Below are positions 24,297 through 34,392 of a stretch of 64,000 nucleotides of DNA, one piece after another. This DNA is from Maricaulaceae bacterium (GTDB lineage Bacteria; Pseudomonadota; Alphaproteobacteria; Caulobacterales; Maricaulaceae): the NCBI GenBank assembly GCA_026126205.1, contig JAHCJP010000008.1:56391-120390 (forward strand). The letters run 5' to 3'. Numbering within the stretch: the stretch's first letter is position 1; every line of letters starts with the position of its first letter. Position numbers and translations under genes: made by a program. The notes under the pieces are model-generated. The model was not told the origin of the DNA. It worked only from the letters and a program-made list of their open reading frames with translations, and did not search any database.

Positions 24297-25061
24297 CTAA
24301 CCGCCCAGCGCCGCGCGCCCGCGCGGCCCCTTGAAGTACTCCTGTATCCACGGATGGCTGTGCTTCAGCAATTCCGGGATCGGCGCCACGGCAGCGATGC
24401 GTTTATCCGCGATAACCGCCACACGGTCGCAAATGGCGTGCAAACTGTCGAGGTCATGCGTGACCAGAAACACGGTCAGGCCGAGGGTTTCCCTCAGTTC
24501 CTTGATGGTGTTATCGACCACCCCGGCGGCGATGGGGTCCAGCCCCGCCGTCGGTTCGTCAAGGAACAGGATGTCGGGGTCCAGCGCCAGGGCGCGAGCC
24601 AGCGCCGCGCGCTTCTTCATGCCGCCGGACAATTCGGAAGGAAACTTGTCGCGCGCCTCCACCCCCAGACCGGCCAGCGCGATCTTCAGATCCGCGATCT
24701 CGCGCATCAGCTTGGGAGACATCGACACATGCTCGCGCAGCGGCGCGCTGACGTTCTCGCGCACGGTCAGCGAGGAGAACAGCGCCCCGTACTGAAAGGT
24801 CACGCCCCAACGCGTCTCAAGCGCGTGCCGCTCCTCGCGGTCCATTTCGCTGAGCCGGCGGCCTTCAAATAAAATCTCACCGCCATCGGGCTGTTTAAGG
24901 CCGATGATAGTATTCAACAGCACGGACTTGCCGGAGCCTGACCCGCCGACGACGCCCAGTATCTCCCCACGCATCACCTCGAGGTTCAACCCGTCATGAA
25001 CGACGTGGTCGCCGAACCGTGTCACAAGTCCGCGGACCTCGATCAGGACATCGCCGCTCAT
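24297..25061 (-). CDS. ABC transporter ATP-binding protein (MlaF-like)
   Basis: Walker A is GGSGSGKS, the ABC signature is LSGGMKKR and Walker B is ILFLDEPTAGLD. Confidence 0.9.
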   Translation of the reverse strand: MSGDVLIEVRGLVTRFGDHVVHDGLNLEVMRGEILGVVGGSGSGKSVLLNTIIGLKQPDGGEILFEGRRLSEMDREERHALETRWGVTFQYGALFSSLTVRENVSAPLREHVSMSPKLMREIADLKIALAGLGVEARDKFPSELSGGMKKRAALARALALDPDILFLDEPTAGLDPIAAGVVDNTIKELRETLGLTVFLVTHDLDSLHAICDRVAVIADKRIAAVAPIPELLKHSHPWIQEYFKGPRGRAALGG

Positions 25062-26203
25062 ATGTCCAGCTCCAGGTACATCATTGCGAACAGGGCATCG
25101 ATCACGATCACGGCGAAGATCGCCTGCACCACAGAAGCGGTAGTGCGCAGGCCCAGCGATTCCACGTCACCCTTCACCTTCAGCCCCTGGCGGCAGCCGA
25201 TCACGGCGATCACCAGGCCGAACACCGGCGCCTTGGACAGGCCGACCCAGAAATGACTCCAGTCCAGGGTTTCGTTCATGCGCGCGATGAAAAAAGCCGG
25301 AGATATGTCCAGCGTCGACCACGCCACGATCATGCCGCCGAACAGACCGGCGATCATCGCCGCGAAGGTCAGCAGCGGCGCCATGATCACGCAGGCGATA
25401 ACACGGGGGATGACCAGAACCTCGAACGGATCGAGGCCCAGGACGCGCATCGCGTCCACCTCCTGCTGCATCTTCATCGACCCGATTGAGGCGGTGAAAG
25501 CGGAATCAGACCGCCCCGCCAGCAGAATGGCGGTGATCAGCACTCCGAATTCGCGCAGCACCGAAATCCCCACCAGCTCCACGGTGAAAACTGCGGCCCC
25601 GAAGGTCTCCAGCAGGTTCGCGCCCATATAGGCGACCACCGCGCCGATAAAGAACGACAGTACGGCGATGATCGGCAGGGCGTTGACGCCCGCATGCTCC
25701 ATCACATGGACGGTCGGCGTCAGGCGGAAACGCCAGGGCTGCACGATGGACCGGCCGAGCGTGGTCAGCGTCCGCCCGAGGAAGCCAAAGGTGTCGATGG
25801 TCTCCAGCCAGACCTCTTCCAGCCCGGCGCCGATGCGGGCGAACACGGCGACGACGTCACTACGCGGCGCGGGTTTGGCGGCGGCCTGCGGCCCGCCCAG
25901 GCGGCGGGCCACCTCGCGCATCAACCGCCGAGCGGTGGCGTGTTCTCCCTGAAAGTGTGTATCAGCGTCGGGGTTGCTCGCGGCGCGCAGCCCGCGGCCG
26001 AGCAGATAGGCGCCAGAGGTGTCGATGCGTCCCAGATGCGTCAGATCCACAACCAGCTTGGCCGGGTCGGCGGTCTGTTCGATACGGCGCATGGCGTCAT
26101 CAAGCGCGCCAATGGTCGCCACCGTCCAGTCGCCATGTGGCTCCAGAACGGTTTTCGCCCCCTCGTGGCGGATGATGATGTCGGCGCGCTGGCCCTGGAT
26201 CAT
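25058..26203 (-). CDS. MlaE-family ABC permease with an N-terminal STAS-like domain
   Basis: The C-terminal permease has multiple TMs (GRTLTTLG...FGAAVFTVELVGISVLREFGVLITAILLAGRS). The start is taken at MIQGQRADIIIRHEG (26203). Confidence 0.85.
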   Translation of the reverse strand: MIQGQRADIIIRHEGAKTVLEPHGDWTVATIGALDDAMRRIEQTADPAKLVVDLTHLGRIDTSGAYLLGRGLRAASNPDADTHFQGEHATARRLMREVARRLGGPQAAAKPAPRSDVVAVFARIGAGLEEVWLETIDTFGFLGRTLTTLGRSIVQPWRFRLTPTVHVMEHAGVNALPIIAVLSFFIGAVVAYMGANLLETFGAAVFTVELVGISVLREFGVLITAILLAGRSDSAFTASIGSMKMQQEVDAMRVLGLDPFEVLVIPRVIACVIMAPLLTFAAMIAGLFGGMIVAWSTLDISPAFFIARMNETLDWSHFWVGLSKAPVFGLVIAVIGCRQGLKVKGDVESLGLRTTASVVQAIFAVIVIDALFAMMYLELDI

Positions 26204-26222
26204 CGTGACTCTCCGGGCGCCA

Positions 26223-27389
26223 TTAAGGCGCCTTTCGCTGCTCAGGTGAACGCAGCGCCACCGCCAGTGCAAGCCCGCAAACCGTCCCGAGCGCTGCGGG
26301 CACGATCATTCCGGCGAAACCTCCGGCGCCATAACGTTCAAACAACAGCCCCGAAACCGCCGTGGTCGCGGCCAGCAGCACTCCGCCCGCCAGCGCCGCA
26401 TGCACCGCCTGCGCGCGCGCTGCATAACGGTCGGGCACATGTTCCGCGGCGAAGCGCAGGAAGCCCAGATAGGTCGCCGTGAAAGTGGCGGCATGCATGA
26501 TCTGCAACAGAAACAGAACCCAGACCGGCGGCGACAACGCCAGAAGCGCCCACCTGACAATGGACGCGGCGCCTCCGCCGATCAGCAGCGCCGTCGCCGG
26601 CACCCGCACCAGCACCCGCCCGGACACCCACAGGAAAATGATCTCCGCCAGCACCGCCGTGCCCCACAGGGCGCCGATCACCGGCGCGGACACGCCCTGA
26701 TCCGCCCACGCCAGCGTGGAAAAAGCATAGTTGAAGCCGTGCGCGCTCTGGATCAGGCCCGAAGCGAGTACGGCGAGGATCACGGGCGCGGTGAACATCC
26801 GCAACCAGCCATTGGGGCCGCCGCCCGCGTCACCCGGTTCCGGCGCGCGCTCGCCAGCCGGCAGCAGGTAAGCCGTGCCCACGGCCAGCGCCGCGCCGCC
26901 GATCACCCATGCCAATGCCGCCTCGCCGCCATAGACACCGACCAGCGCGCCGCCGGCGAGATTGCCGATCACGAACGTCGCCGAGCCCGCCGCGCGGACA
27001 CGGCCGAAGGCGAAGCCGTCTGTCCGCGCGCTGCGGATCGCGAAGGCGTCGATCAGCGGCGTTTGCCCGCCATAGGCGGCGCCCGCCAGCATCACCAACG
27101 CCATGATCAGGATCTCGCCCGAGGCCGGCGCCAGCAGGAGGTAACCGGCGAGCCCGGCCCAGGAAAAACCGATCAGGGCGTCGCGCCGGCGCGTGGCGGC
27201 GTCCATCCAGGCCGCGCCGAGCGGCGACACCAGCATGCGGCCGATCATGCCGCCCGCTGCGGCGAGACCGATCATCTCCGGGCTGAGGCCCCGGCCTGAC
27301 ATCCACACCGGCAGGTAGGGAAGCGCCGCGCCAAAGGCGAGGAAGAAGGCTCCGTAATGCAGGGCGAAGCGGATGCCGGGAGCGCGCAT
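26223..27389 (-). CDS. MFS transporter (HcaT/MFS_1_like type)
   Basis: About 12 predicted TM segments. The N-terminus reads FALHYGAFFLAFGAALPYLPVWMSGRGLS. Confidence 0.85.
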   Translation of the reverse strand: MRAPGIRFALHYGAFFLAFGAALPYLPVWMSGRGLSPEMIGLAAAGGMIGRMLVSPLGAAWMDAATRRRDALIGFSWAGLAGYLLLAPASGEILIMALVMLAGAAYGGQTPLIDAFAIRSARTDGFAFGRVRAAGSATFVIGNLAGGALVGVYGGEAALAWVIGGAALAVGTAYLLPAGERAPEPGDAGGGPNGWLRMFTAPVILAVLASGLIQSAHGFNYAFSTLAWADQGVSAPVIGALWGTAVLAEIIFLWVSGRVLVRVPATALLIGGGAASIVRWALLALSPPVWVLFLLQIMHAATFTATYLGFLRFAAEHVPDRYAARAQAVHAALAGGVLLAATTAVSGLLFERYGAGGFAGMIVPAALGTVCGLALAVALRSPEQRKAP

Positions 27390-27513
27390 GGCGCCGCCAT
27401 AGCGTGCGGCGCAGATTCGCGATAGGGGGCCATTCGCGCTTGCGTCTTGGCCGCCGCCGCCGCTGCGGCTATGTCCCTTCCATCTTCAATGTCTGTCGAT
27501 ACGGATCTCCCGC

Positions 27514-28803
27514 ATGCTGCAACGCGCCGCCCAGTCTGATCGCGTCATCGGCGCCGTCCTGCCGGCGCGGCCGTTGCGTGTGCTGTTGTCCGGCTATCGT
27601 TCGCATCCGCATGTCGGCGGCCAGGGCGTGTATGTGCGTGAGCTGAGCCGCGCCCTGCATGCGCTCGGCCACCAGGTGACGGTAATATCGGGTCCGCCAT
27701 ATCCCGAATTGCCGGAAGGCGTGAGCCTGATCGAACTGCCCTCCCTGGACCTGTTCGCCGAGACGAACGCGATGCTGGCTCTGCGTTGGCGGCATCTGCG
27801 CTCGAAAGCCGACATGGCCGAATGGCTGGCGCACAACACCGGCGCTTTCGGAGAGCCGCTGGCCTTCGGCTTGCGGCTGGAGCGCTGGCTGCAATTGCGC
27901 GCGCGCGATTTCGACGTGCTGCATGACAACCAGACTCTGGCCAGCCCCTTCCTTCGTATCAACCGGCGTCTGCCCACCGTCGCCACCCTGCATCACCCGG
28001 TCGCGATTGACCGCGACTACGCCTTGGCCGCAGCGCAGACCCGGACCAGCCGCTGGCTCACACGCCGCTGGTACGGCTTCACCCTCATGCAGGCGAAAAC
28101 CGCGCGCGGTCTGCCGCGTCTGCTGGCGGTTTCAGCCGCCTCGCGCGACAGCCATGCGGCGCTGTATGGCGTCGATCCGGCGCGGGTGCGCGTCGCCTTC
28201 AATGGTATTGATCATGCGCTGTTCCATCCCGATCCGGTGGTGAAGCGCGAGCCGGGCCATATCGTGACCGTCGCCAGCGCCGACGCACCGATCAAGGGGC
28301 TGGACGTGTTAATCCGCGCCTTCGCGCAAATCGCACCGGATCGGCCGCGGGCGCGGCTGACTGTAATCGGCAAGCTGCGCGACGGACCGGCGAAGCAGGC
28401 GCTGGACGCGGCGCTGCTGGGCGACAGGGTGCGCTTCGTTTCAGGACTGGCGCATGAGGACGTGCCCGGCTGGTATCGCCGCGCGGCCGTGGTCGCCTGC
28501 CCGGCGCGGTTCGAGGGGTTCGGATTTCCCGCCGCCGAGGCGATGGCCTGCGGCGCGCCGGTGGCGGCCAGCGACGGCGGCGCCCTGCCCGAGGTTGTGG
28601 GCGAATGCGGACTGGTCTCTCCCGCCGGTGACGATGCGGCGCTGGCCGCGAACCTGGCCGCTCTCCTGGATGATCCGGATCACGCTGCCCGGCTGGGCGA
28701 AGCCGCCGCGAAGCGCGTCCGCGACGCCTTCGACTGGACGGACCATGCCCGAGCCGCCACGCGGCTGTATATCGAGGCGATGACGGACGCCGGGCGATGC
28801 TGA
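27514..28803 (+). CDS. Glycosyltransferase family 4 (GT-B)
   Basis: HVGGQGVYVRELSRALHALGHQVTV is at the N-terminus. The C-terminal EGFGFPAAEAMACGAPVAASDGGALPEVV is an EX7E-type motif. Confidence 0.85.
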   Translation: MLQRAAQSDRVIGAVLPARPLRVLLSGYRSHPHVGGQGVYVRELSRALHALGHQVTVISGPPYPELPEGVSLIELPSLDLFAETNAMLALRWRHLRSKADMAEWLAHNTGAFGEPLAFGLRLERWLQLRARDFDVLHDNQTLASPFLRINRRLPTVATLHHPVAIDRDYALAAAQTRTSRWLTRRWYGFTLMQAKTARGLPRLLAVSAASRDSHAALYGVDPARVRVAFNGIDHALFHPDPVVKREPGHIVTVASADAPIKGLDVLIRAFAQIAPDRPRARLTVIGKLRDGPAKQALDAALLGDRVRFVSGLAHEDVPGWYRRAAVVACPARFEGFGFPAAEAMACGAPVAASDGGALPEVVGECGLVSPAGDDAALAANLAALLDDPDHAARLGEAAAKRVRDAFDWTDHARAATRLYIEAMTDAGRC

Positions 28804-29519
28804 CCATCGAGCTTTCCGCCCTCGACCTGCGCCCCGGCATGCGGGTTCTCGATCTTGGCTGCGGCCGCGGCCGGCATCTTCACGCGCTCTACTGGGGCGA
28901 AACCCCGGTACACGCTGTTGGCGCCGACCTGTCTTTCGGAGAGGCCCTTGTCGCAGCACACGGCTTCTTCTCGCTGCCTCCACCCCCGGAGAGCCCGGAC
29001 CGCTCCGCCGCGTTGTCGGCGGCCGACGCCGGCCGCCTGCCCTTCGCCGATGCAAGCTTCGACAGGGTGATCTGCTCGGAGGTTCTGGAGCATGTCGATG
29101 ACCCCGAGGCGGTGCTGGCCGAGATCATTCGGGTGCTGAAACCCGACGGGCTGGTAGCCGTCTCCGTGCCGCGCTGGTGGCCGGAGAAAATATGCTGGGC
29201 GCTGAGCGAAGGCTATCGCACCACGCCGGGCGGGCATGTGCGCATCTTCCGCGACGCCGGGCTGCGCCGCGCAGCGGAGCGCGCCGGCCTGCGCCGCTAC
29301 CGGCGGCACTGGGCGCATGCGCTGCACAGTCCATACTGGTGGCTGCAATGCGCGCTGTGGCGGCGGCGGGAAGGCTCTCGCCTCGTCTCCGCCTACCGCC
29401 GGTTCCTGGAATGGGACCTGATGCGGCGGCCGCTGCTGACCCGGGCGCTGGACGCGCTGCTGAATCCGCTGATGGGCAAGAGCGTCGTGATGTATTTCGA
29501 ACGGAAGGAAAGCGCATGA
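28797..29519 (+). CDS. Class I SAM-dependent methyltransferase (type 11)
   Basis: VLDLGCGRGRH (motif I) and FDRVICSEVLEHVDDPEAVLAEIIRVLKPDG are present. The start overlaps the GT4 stop. Confidence 0.85.
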   Translation: MLTIELSALDLRPGMRVLDLGCGRGRHLHALYWGETPVHAVGADLSFGEALVAAHGFFSLPPPPESPDRSAALSAADAGRLPFADASFDRVICSEVLEHVDDPEAVLAEIIRVLKPDGLVAVSVPRWWPEKICWALSEGYRTTPGGHVRIFRDAGLRRAAERAGLRRYRRHWAHALHSPYWWLQCALWRRREGSRLVSAYRRFLEWDLMRRPLLTRALDALLNPLMGKSVVMYFERKESA

Positions 29520-30604
29520 GCACGCTGATCGACCTGCGCGCCGGCGCGACCCGCATCCTGCAGCTGCAGCGCAAGGACGGCGCGATTCCCTGGGTCGAGG
29601 CTGGAATCTGGGATCCCTGGAACCATGGCGAGTGCGCCATGGCGCTGGCAGTAGCCGGACAGCAGGAAGCCGCCTTCCGCGCACTTGATTGCCTGATGGA
29701 CCGGCAGGAGGCCGACGGAGGCTGGACCGGGGAACTGGGCGCAGGCGTGCCGATGGACGAGACCAACCGGCGTCTCGCCCCGCGCAAGCTCGCCATTGCA
29801 CGCGACACCAACTTCACCGGTTACGCGGCTGTCGCGGTATTGCGCAGCGTGATGGCGCTGAACGCGCCTAGGCGTCTGACCCGTTACGCACCGATGGTCG
29901 CCCGGGCGATGGACTTCGTCCTGTCCTGCCAGACACCTTATGGCGATGTGGTGTGGCGGGCGCCGGAGCCGGGTGAAACGCTCGATGACATTGACGCGCT
30001 GCGCGCCGGGAACGCCTGTCTCTACAAGAGCCTGGAATGCGCAATCCAGATCGCGGCGATGATCGGCGGCGACTGCGCGCCGCTGCGCGCCGCCCGCGCC
30101 CGCATCGCCGAGGCGCTGCGTGACCGCGACTGGCGCTTCGACAGAATGGGTGAGGACCGCCGCCGCTACGCCATGGACTGGTATTATCCGGTGCTGGCCG
30201 GCGTGCATGGCGGCGCCGAGGCGCGCCGGCGCCTGTCGGCCAACTGGCGGCGGTTTGTCGAACCGGGGCTGGGCTGCCGCTGCGTCGCCGACGAGCCGTG
30301 GGTGACGGCGGCCGAGACCGCCGAACTGGCGCTGGCCTGCGCAGCCGCCGGCGCGCCGGAGAAAGGCGCGGAGCTGATACGCGGCCTCGCCCCGCTCAGC
30401 GCCGCCGAGGGCGGCTACTGGATGGGCTGGCAATTCGCCGAAGAGATCGTCTGGCCCTATGAGCGCCCGGGCTGGACCGCCGCGGCCGTGATCCTCGCCG
30501 CAGACGCAATCGAGGGGCTGGCCCCCGGCCATGACCTGCTGGTCCGCAACCGGATCAAGGACGGGCCGGTCACGCGACCCGGCGAAGAAGCTCCAGCGTC
30601 CTGA
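29516..30604 (+). CDS. Prenyltransferase/squalene-oxidase-repeat (alpha-alpha toroid) protein
   Basis: QW-like repeats are present (LQRKDGAIPW, RQEADGGWTGE, CQTPYGDVVW, AAEGGYWMGW). An ATGA overlap links it to the upstream methyltransferase. Confidence 0.6.
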   Translation: MSTLIDLRAGATRILQLQRKDGAIPWVEAGIWDPWNHGECAMALAVAGQQEAAFRALDCLMDRQEADGGWTGELGAGVPMDETNRRLAPRKLAIARDTNFTGYAAVAVLRSVMALNAPRRLTRYAPMVARAMDFVLSCQTPYGDVVWRAPEPGETLDDIDALRAGNACLYKSLECAIQIAAMIGGDCAPLRAARARIAEALRDRDWRFDRMGEDRRRYAMDWYYPVLAGVHGGAEARRRLSANWRRFVEPGLGCRCVADEPWVTAAETAELALACAAAGAPEKGAELIRGLAPLSAAEGGYWMGWQFAEEIVWPYERPGWTAAAVILAADAIEGLAPGHDLLVRNRIKDGPVTRPGEEAPAS

Positions 30605-31175
30605 CGCGACGCACCGGCTCGAACAGGCCGCTGGCGACGGCCAGCTTCCAGATCTCGAAGGGCGGCCGGCCGCCATCCTTCGGGTCTGGAAACACGTCAT
30701 GAATGGCGAGTACGCCGCCGGGCGCCACATGCGGTCCCCAGCCGCGCCAGTCGTCCAGCGCCGCCAGCATGGAATGGCCGCCATCGATGAACACCAGGCC
30801 CAGCGGCGTTTTCCAGCGCCGCGCCACGTCAGCGGAGCGGCCGACGATCGCGATCACCACGTCTTCCAGACCCGCGGCGCGGATGTTGCGCCGGAAGGCT
30901 GGCAGCGTATCCACCGCCCCGGCCTCAGGGTCGTAGAGCTCAGGGTCGTGATAGCCTTCACCCGGCTGATGCTCCTCCGAGCCCCGATGATGGTCGAGGC
31001 TGAACAACACCGTCCCCGCCGCCCGCGCGGCGGGGCCGAGATACAGTGCGGACTTGCCGCAATAGGATCCGATCTCCAGCACCGGGCCCAGCCGCCCGGC
31101 CTCGCGCACGGCGTCGGCCAGCGCCCGCCCCTCATCGGGATCAAGGAAACCCTTGACGGCTTCGGGATCGATCAT
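30570..31175 (-). CDS. Class I SAM-dependent methyltransferase (Methyltransf_24 / O-methyltransferase-like)
   Basis: VLEIGSYCGKSALYL (motif I) and LVFIDGGHS are present. It converges on the prenyltransferase-like gene with a 35-nt 3' overlap. Confidence 0.8.
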   Translation of the reverse strand: MIDPEAVKGFLDPDEGRALADAVREAGRLGPVLEIGSYCGKSALYLGPAARAAGTVLFSLDHHRGSEEHQPGEGYHDPELYDPEAGAVDTLPAFRRNIRAAGLEDVVIAIVGRSADVARRWKTPLGLVFIDGGHSMLAALDDWRGWGPHVAPGGVLAIHDVFPDPKDGGRPPFEIWKLAVASGLFEPVRRVRTLELLRRVA

Positions 31176-31179
31176 GCGG

Positions 31180-31851
31180 TCAGCTTATCCCCGCCCTGCG
31201 CAGTTCGCGACGGCGTTCGGCCAGCAGGTCGGCGGCGTCGGAAAGGCGGGAAAGCTCGCGCGACAACAGCCCTCGATGAGCGTTGAGGCGTTCGATTTCC
31301 TCCGCCCCAAGGCGACGGCGATACCGGGTCTGGACCTCGGCGAACAGATCGCGGGCGCGGCTGACATGAGTAATCGCCAGCTCCACCTGCTCCAGCGACC
31401 GCAGCAGGGAATCGAGATCGCGGGCGTCCGGCTGGCGGGCCGCCGTAAGCGCCGCGGCCGCCGCCCATGTCGACAGCCCCGCGGCCTGACCGATATCGGC
31501 GTGGAGGCGCTCGAAAATCTCGGCCGAATCTGCGTCGGCCAACCTGTGACGATCGGTATAGGCCTCGGCGGGAGACGGCTCGGAAGGGCCGCCGCCGCGC
31601 ATCAGCCTGCCCGCCAGGCGGCGCATGGCGCGCGAAGGCTCCTCGGCCCGGGACCAGCCCTGTTGTTCATAGGTCAGCGACAGGGTTCGCACCGCAGCGG
31701 CCAATTCATGCTCGTATGCGGGAACGGCGGCAGGCGCGGCGATTACAGCCGAAGCTGGCGCTGATGGTCCGGCGGCGCAGCCCGCGGTCAGCATCGCAAA
31801 TGGCGCCAGAAGAGCCGCCATTAAGCCAACACGGAACACGCTAAACGCCAT
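31180..31851 (-). CDS. Hypothetical lipoprotein
   Basis: The signal and lipobox read MAFSVFRVGLMAALLAPFAMLTAGC. The remainder is helical and Arg/Ala-rich. Confidence 0.6.
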   Translation of the reverse strand: MAFSVFRVGLMAALLAPFAMLTAGCAAGPSAPASAVIAAPAAVPAYEHELAAAVRTLSLTYEQQGWSRAEEPSRAMRRLAGRLMRGGGPSEPSPAEAYTDRHRLADADSAEIFERLHADIGQAAGLSTWAAAAALTAARQPDARDLDSLLRSLEQVELAITHVSRARDLFAEVQTRYRRRLGAEEIERLNAHRGLLSRELSRLSDAADLLAERRRELRRAGIS

Positions 31852-31944
31852 ATCTTCGCTTGCCCCACGCCGTAGCCACGCGTGATACTGACGGTCAAAC
31901 CCGCACTCGCAAGGGCGCATTGCACAAATCGGGCCGAACCTGAA

Positions 31945-32916
31945 ATGGATTCCACAGCCGCCGCGCGCCGCGGTTTCTACCCGCCGGCGGAACCCTACCG
32001 TGTCTTCCGCATGCCGGTCGGCGACGGACATGAACTGCACGTGGAGGAATGCGGGCGGCCGGACGGCATTCCGGCGGTCGTTCTACACGGCGGCCCGGGC
32101 GGCGGCATCGCCCCGCCAATGCGGCGCTTCTTCGACCCCGCCCGCTGGCGTGCGGTGCTGTTCGATCAGCGCGGCTGCGGACGCTCGACGCCCCATGCCT
32201 CGCTGAAGGCCAACACCACAGCGCATCTCGTCGCTGATATCGAGGCGCTGCGAACGCACCTGGGGATAGAACGCTGGCTGGTGTTCGGCGGCTCCTGGGG
32301 GTCGACGCTGGCGCTGGCTTACGCCGCCAGGCATCCGGACCGGGTCACAGGCATGATCCTGCGCGGCGTGTTCCTGTGCACAAAGGCGGAGCTGGACTGG
32401 TTCTACCGCAATGGAGCCAACGCCCTGTTTCCGGACGCCTGGGAGAAGCTGACCGCACGCCTGCCGCGTGGTGAGCGCAATAACGTTCTGAAAGCCTATC
32501 ACCGCCGGATGCGGAAATCCGATCCCGCGGCCCGGCGTGCGGACGCGCTGGCCTGGGCGGAGTGGGAGTCCTCGCTGCTGACGCTGGCCGGTGACGGTAC
32601 AGCGGCGGCGGATCCAAAACGGGCGGACACGCTGGCCCGTCTCGAGACGCACTATTTCGTCAATGGCGGCTTCCTGGGCCGTGACGGGGCGTTGCTGGCG
32701 TCGCCGGCAAGATTCAAACACCTGCCCGGCGTGATCGTCCAGGGGCGCTATGATGTCGTCACCCCGCCCCGCACGGCCTGGGCGCTGGCGAAGGCGTGGC
32801 CGAACGCACGGCTTGAGGTCGTTCCCGACGCCGGCCATAGCGCCGCCGAACCGGGCGTGGTGGACGCGCTGGTGCGCGCCACCGACGCCTTTGCGGACCG
32901 GCTAGCCCGGGCCTAA
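31945..32916 (+). CDS. pip: Prolyl aminopeptidase (proline iminopeptidase)
   Basis: VLHGGPGGG, FDQRGCGRSTPHA and GGSWGSTLALAYA (GxSxG nucleophile elbow) are present. Confidence 0.9.
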   Translation: MDSTAAARRGFYPPAEPYRVFRMPVGDGHELHVEECGRPDGIPAVVLHGGPGGGIAPPMRRFFDPARWRAVLFDQRGCGRSTPHASLKANTTAHLVADIEALRTHLGIERWLVFGGSWGSTLALAYAARHPDRVTGMILRGVFLCTKAELDWFYRNGANALFPDAWEKLTARLPRGERNNVLKAYHRRMRKSDPAARRADALAWAEWESSLLTLAGDGTAAADPKRADTLARLETHYFVNGGFLGRDGALLASPARFKHLPGVIVQGRYDVVTPPRTAWALAKAWPNARLEVVPDAGHSAAEPGVVDALVRATDAFADRLARA

Positions 32917-32920
32917 CCCC

Positions 32921-34294
32921 CTAACCGCCGTTATTGCCGAACACTTGCTCGGTCAGGCCAAGGCCCAGGATATCGCTGACGCCGAACACCAGCACGAAGG
33001 CCACGGCCAGCGGCGCAACGAAGCGGATGGTGAAGCGCCAGAAGTTGAACATGCGATCAGATGCGTTCGGCAGCTCCTCCCGCATCAGCTTCTTCGACAC
33101 CACCCAGCCGGTGAACAACGCGATAAGCAGGCCGCCCAGCGGCAGCAGGATCTCGACCGCCTGGTCGAGGAAACCCATGAAATCGCCGGAATAGACCACG
33201 CCGACGCCGACCAGCCAGATGATGCCGCCGAACAGCCAGACGATCATTCCACGGCTGAGCTTGGTGTATTCCTCCGCCCAGGATGCAACCACCTGCAGCA
33301 ACGAGATCGACGAGGTCAGAGCAGCGATGATGGCCAAGGTGAAGAAGGCGCCGCCCGCCCACCGGCCTACGTCGCCCATCAGCGAGAAGGCGGCGGGTAG
33401 CGCTTCGAAGAACAGGCTGGGCCCGGCCGCAGGATCCAGGCCGACGCCGAACACGATCGGGAATATCGCCAAGCCTGCGATGATGGCGATGGCGGTGTCA
33501 GACACCGTCACGATGCCGGCGTTCCCGGCGATGTTCTCTGTCTTTTTCAGGTAAGAGCCATATGTGATCATGATCGCCGAACCGACGCCGATCGAGAAAA
33601 AGGCCTGCCCCAGCGCAGCCAGCACCATCTGGGCGTTCAGTTCGGAGAAGTCCGGCGCGAAGAGATAGGCGAAAGCCGCGTACGGATCACCGTTGACGAA
33701 ACCGAACACCACCATGCCCAGCAACATCAGGAAGAAGATCGGCATCAGAACCGACGTCGCCCGCTCGATGCCGCCGGATATCCCGCGGCTAACGATCCAG
33801 ATCGACACCACCATGAAGGCGGTGTGCCAGAACAGCACCGCCTGCGTGTCAGCAGTAAAGGCGGCGAAGGCGGCCTGAACGTCGCCAGCCGGCATCGCCA
33901 CGAATTCACCAGAGAACAGTTTGACCGCATAGGCCGAGACCCAGCCCGCGACCACCGAGTAGAAACACAGCAGCAGGAAACCGCCGGCCATCCCCACCCA
34001 GCCAGCGATCTGCCACCAGGACGGCGCGCCGGCGTCCTGCGCCATCTTGGCGACCGAACCCACTGCGCTCATCTTTGCGTGGCGACCGACGGCGTATTCG
34101 GCGATCAGGATCGGAAAAGCGACCAGGAAAACGCAAGCCAGATAGACGATCACGAACACCGCGCCGCCATTCTCGCCCGCCATGTATGGAAACCGCCAGA
34201 AATTACCGAGCCCGACGGACGAACCGATCGCCGCCATCAGAAACCCGAAACGAGACGACCATTGGCCGCGCTCGGCCGGAGGAACCGCCGCCAT
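32921..34294 (-). CDS. Sodium-dependent transporter, SNF (neurotransmitter:sodium symporter) family
   Basis: SRFGFLMAAIGSSVGLGNFWRFPYMAGENGG is the NSS family signature. Confidence 0.9.
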   Translation of the reverse strand: MAAVPPAERGQWSSRFGFLMAAIGSSVGLGNFWRFPYMAGENGGAVFVIVYLACVFLVAFPILIAEYAVGRHAKMSAVGSVAKMAQDAGAPSWWQIAGWVGMAGGFLLLCFYSVVAGWVSAYAVKLFSGEFVAMPAGDVQAAFAAFTADTQAVLFWHTAFMVVSIWIVSRGISGGIERATSVLMPIFFLMLLGMVVFGFVNGDPYAAFAYLFAPDFSELNAQMVLAALGQAFFSIGVGSAIMITYGSYLKKTENIAGNAGIVTVSDTAIAIIAGLAIFPIVFGVGLDPAAGPSLFFEALPAAFSLMGDVGRWAGGAFFTLAIIAALTSSISLLQVVASWAEEYTKLSRGMIVWLFGGIIWLVGVGVVYSGDFMGFLDQAVEILLPLGGLLIALFTGWVVSKKLMREELPNASDRMFNFWRFTIRFVAPLAVAFVLVFGVSDILGLGLTEQVFGNNGG

Positions 34295-34392
34295 GAAAAC
34301 TCTCCCCGATCACGGGCGCGTCCGCGCCCTTTGAAATCGGGGCGGAGCCTTCCCCATCACCGCCCTGCGGTCAAGCCGCCCTCGCGGAGGGT

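Noticed and set aside
23427-24872. 481-aa plus-strand ORF
   Set aside because: It is antisense to the MlaD-like and MlaF-like genes, whose Walker and ABC signature motifs are clear. It is a shadow ORF.
28680-30784. Minus-strand ORFs of 373 aa (28680-29801) and 463 aa (29393-30784)
   Set aside because: They are antisense to the methyltransferase and prenyltransferase-like genes, which carry recognisable motifs and are start/stop coupled on the plus strand.
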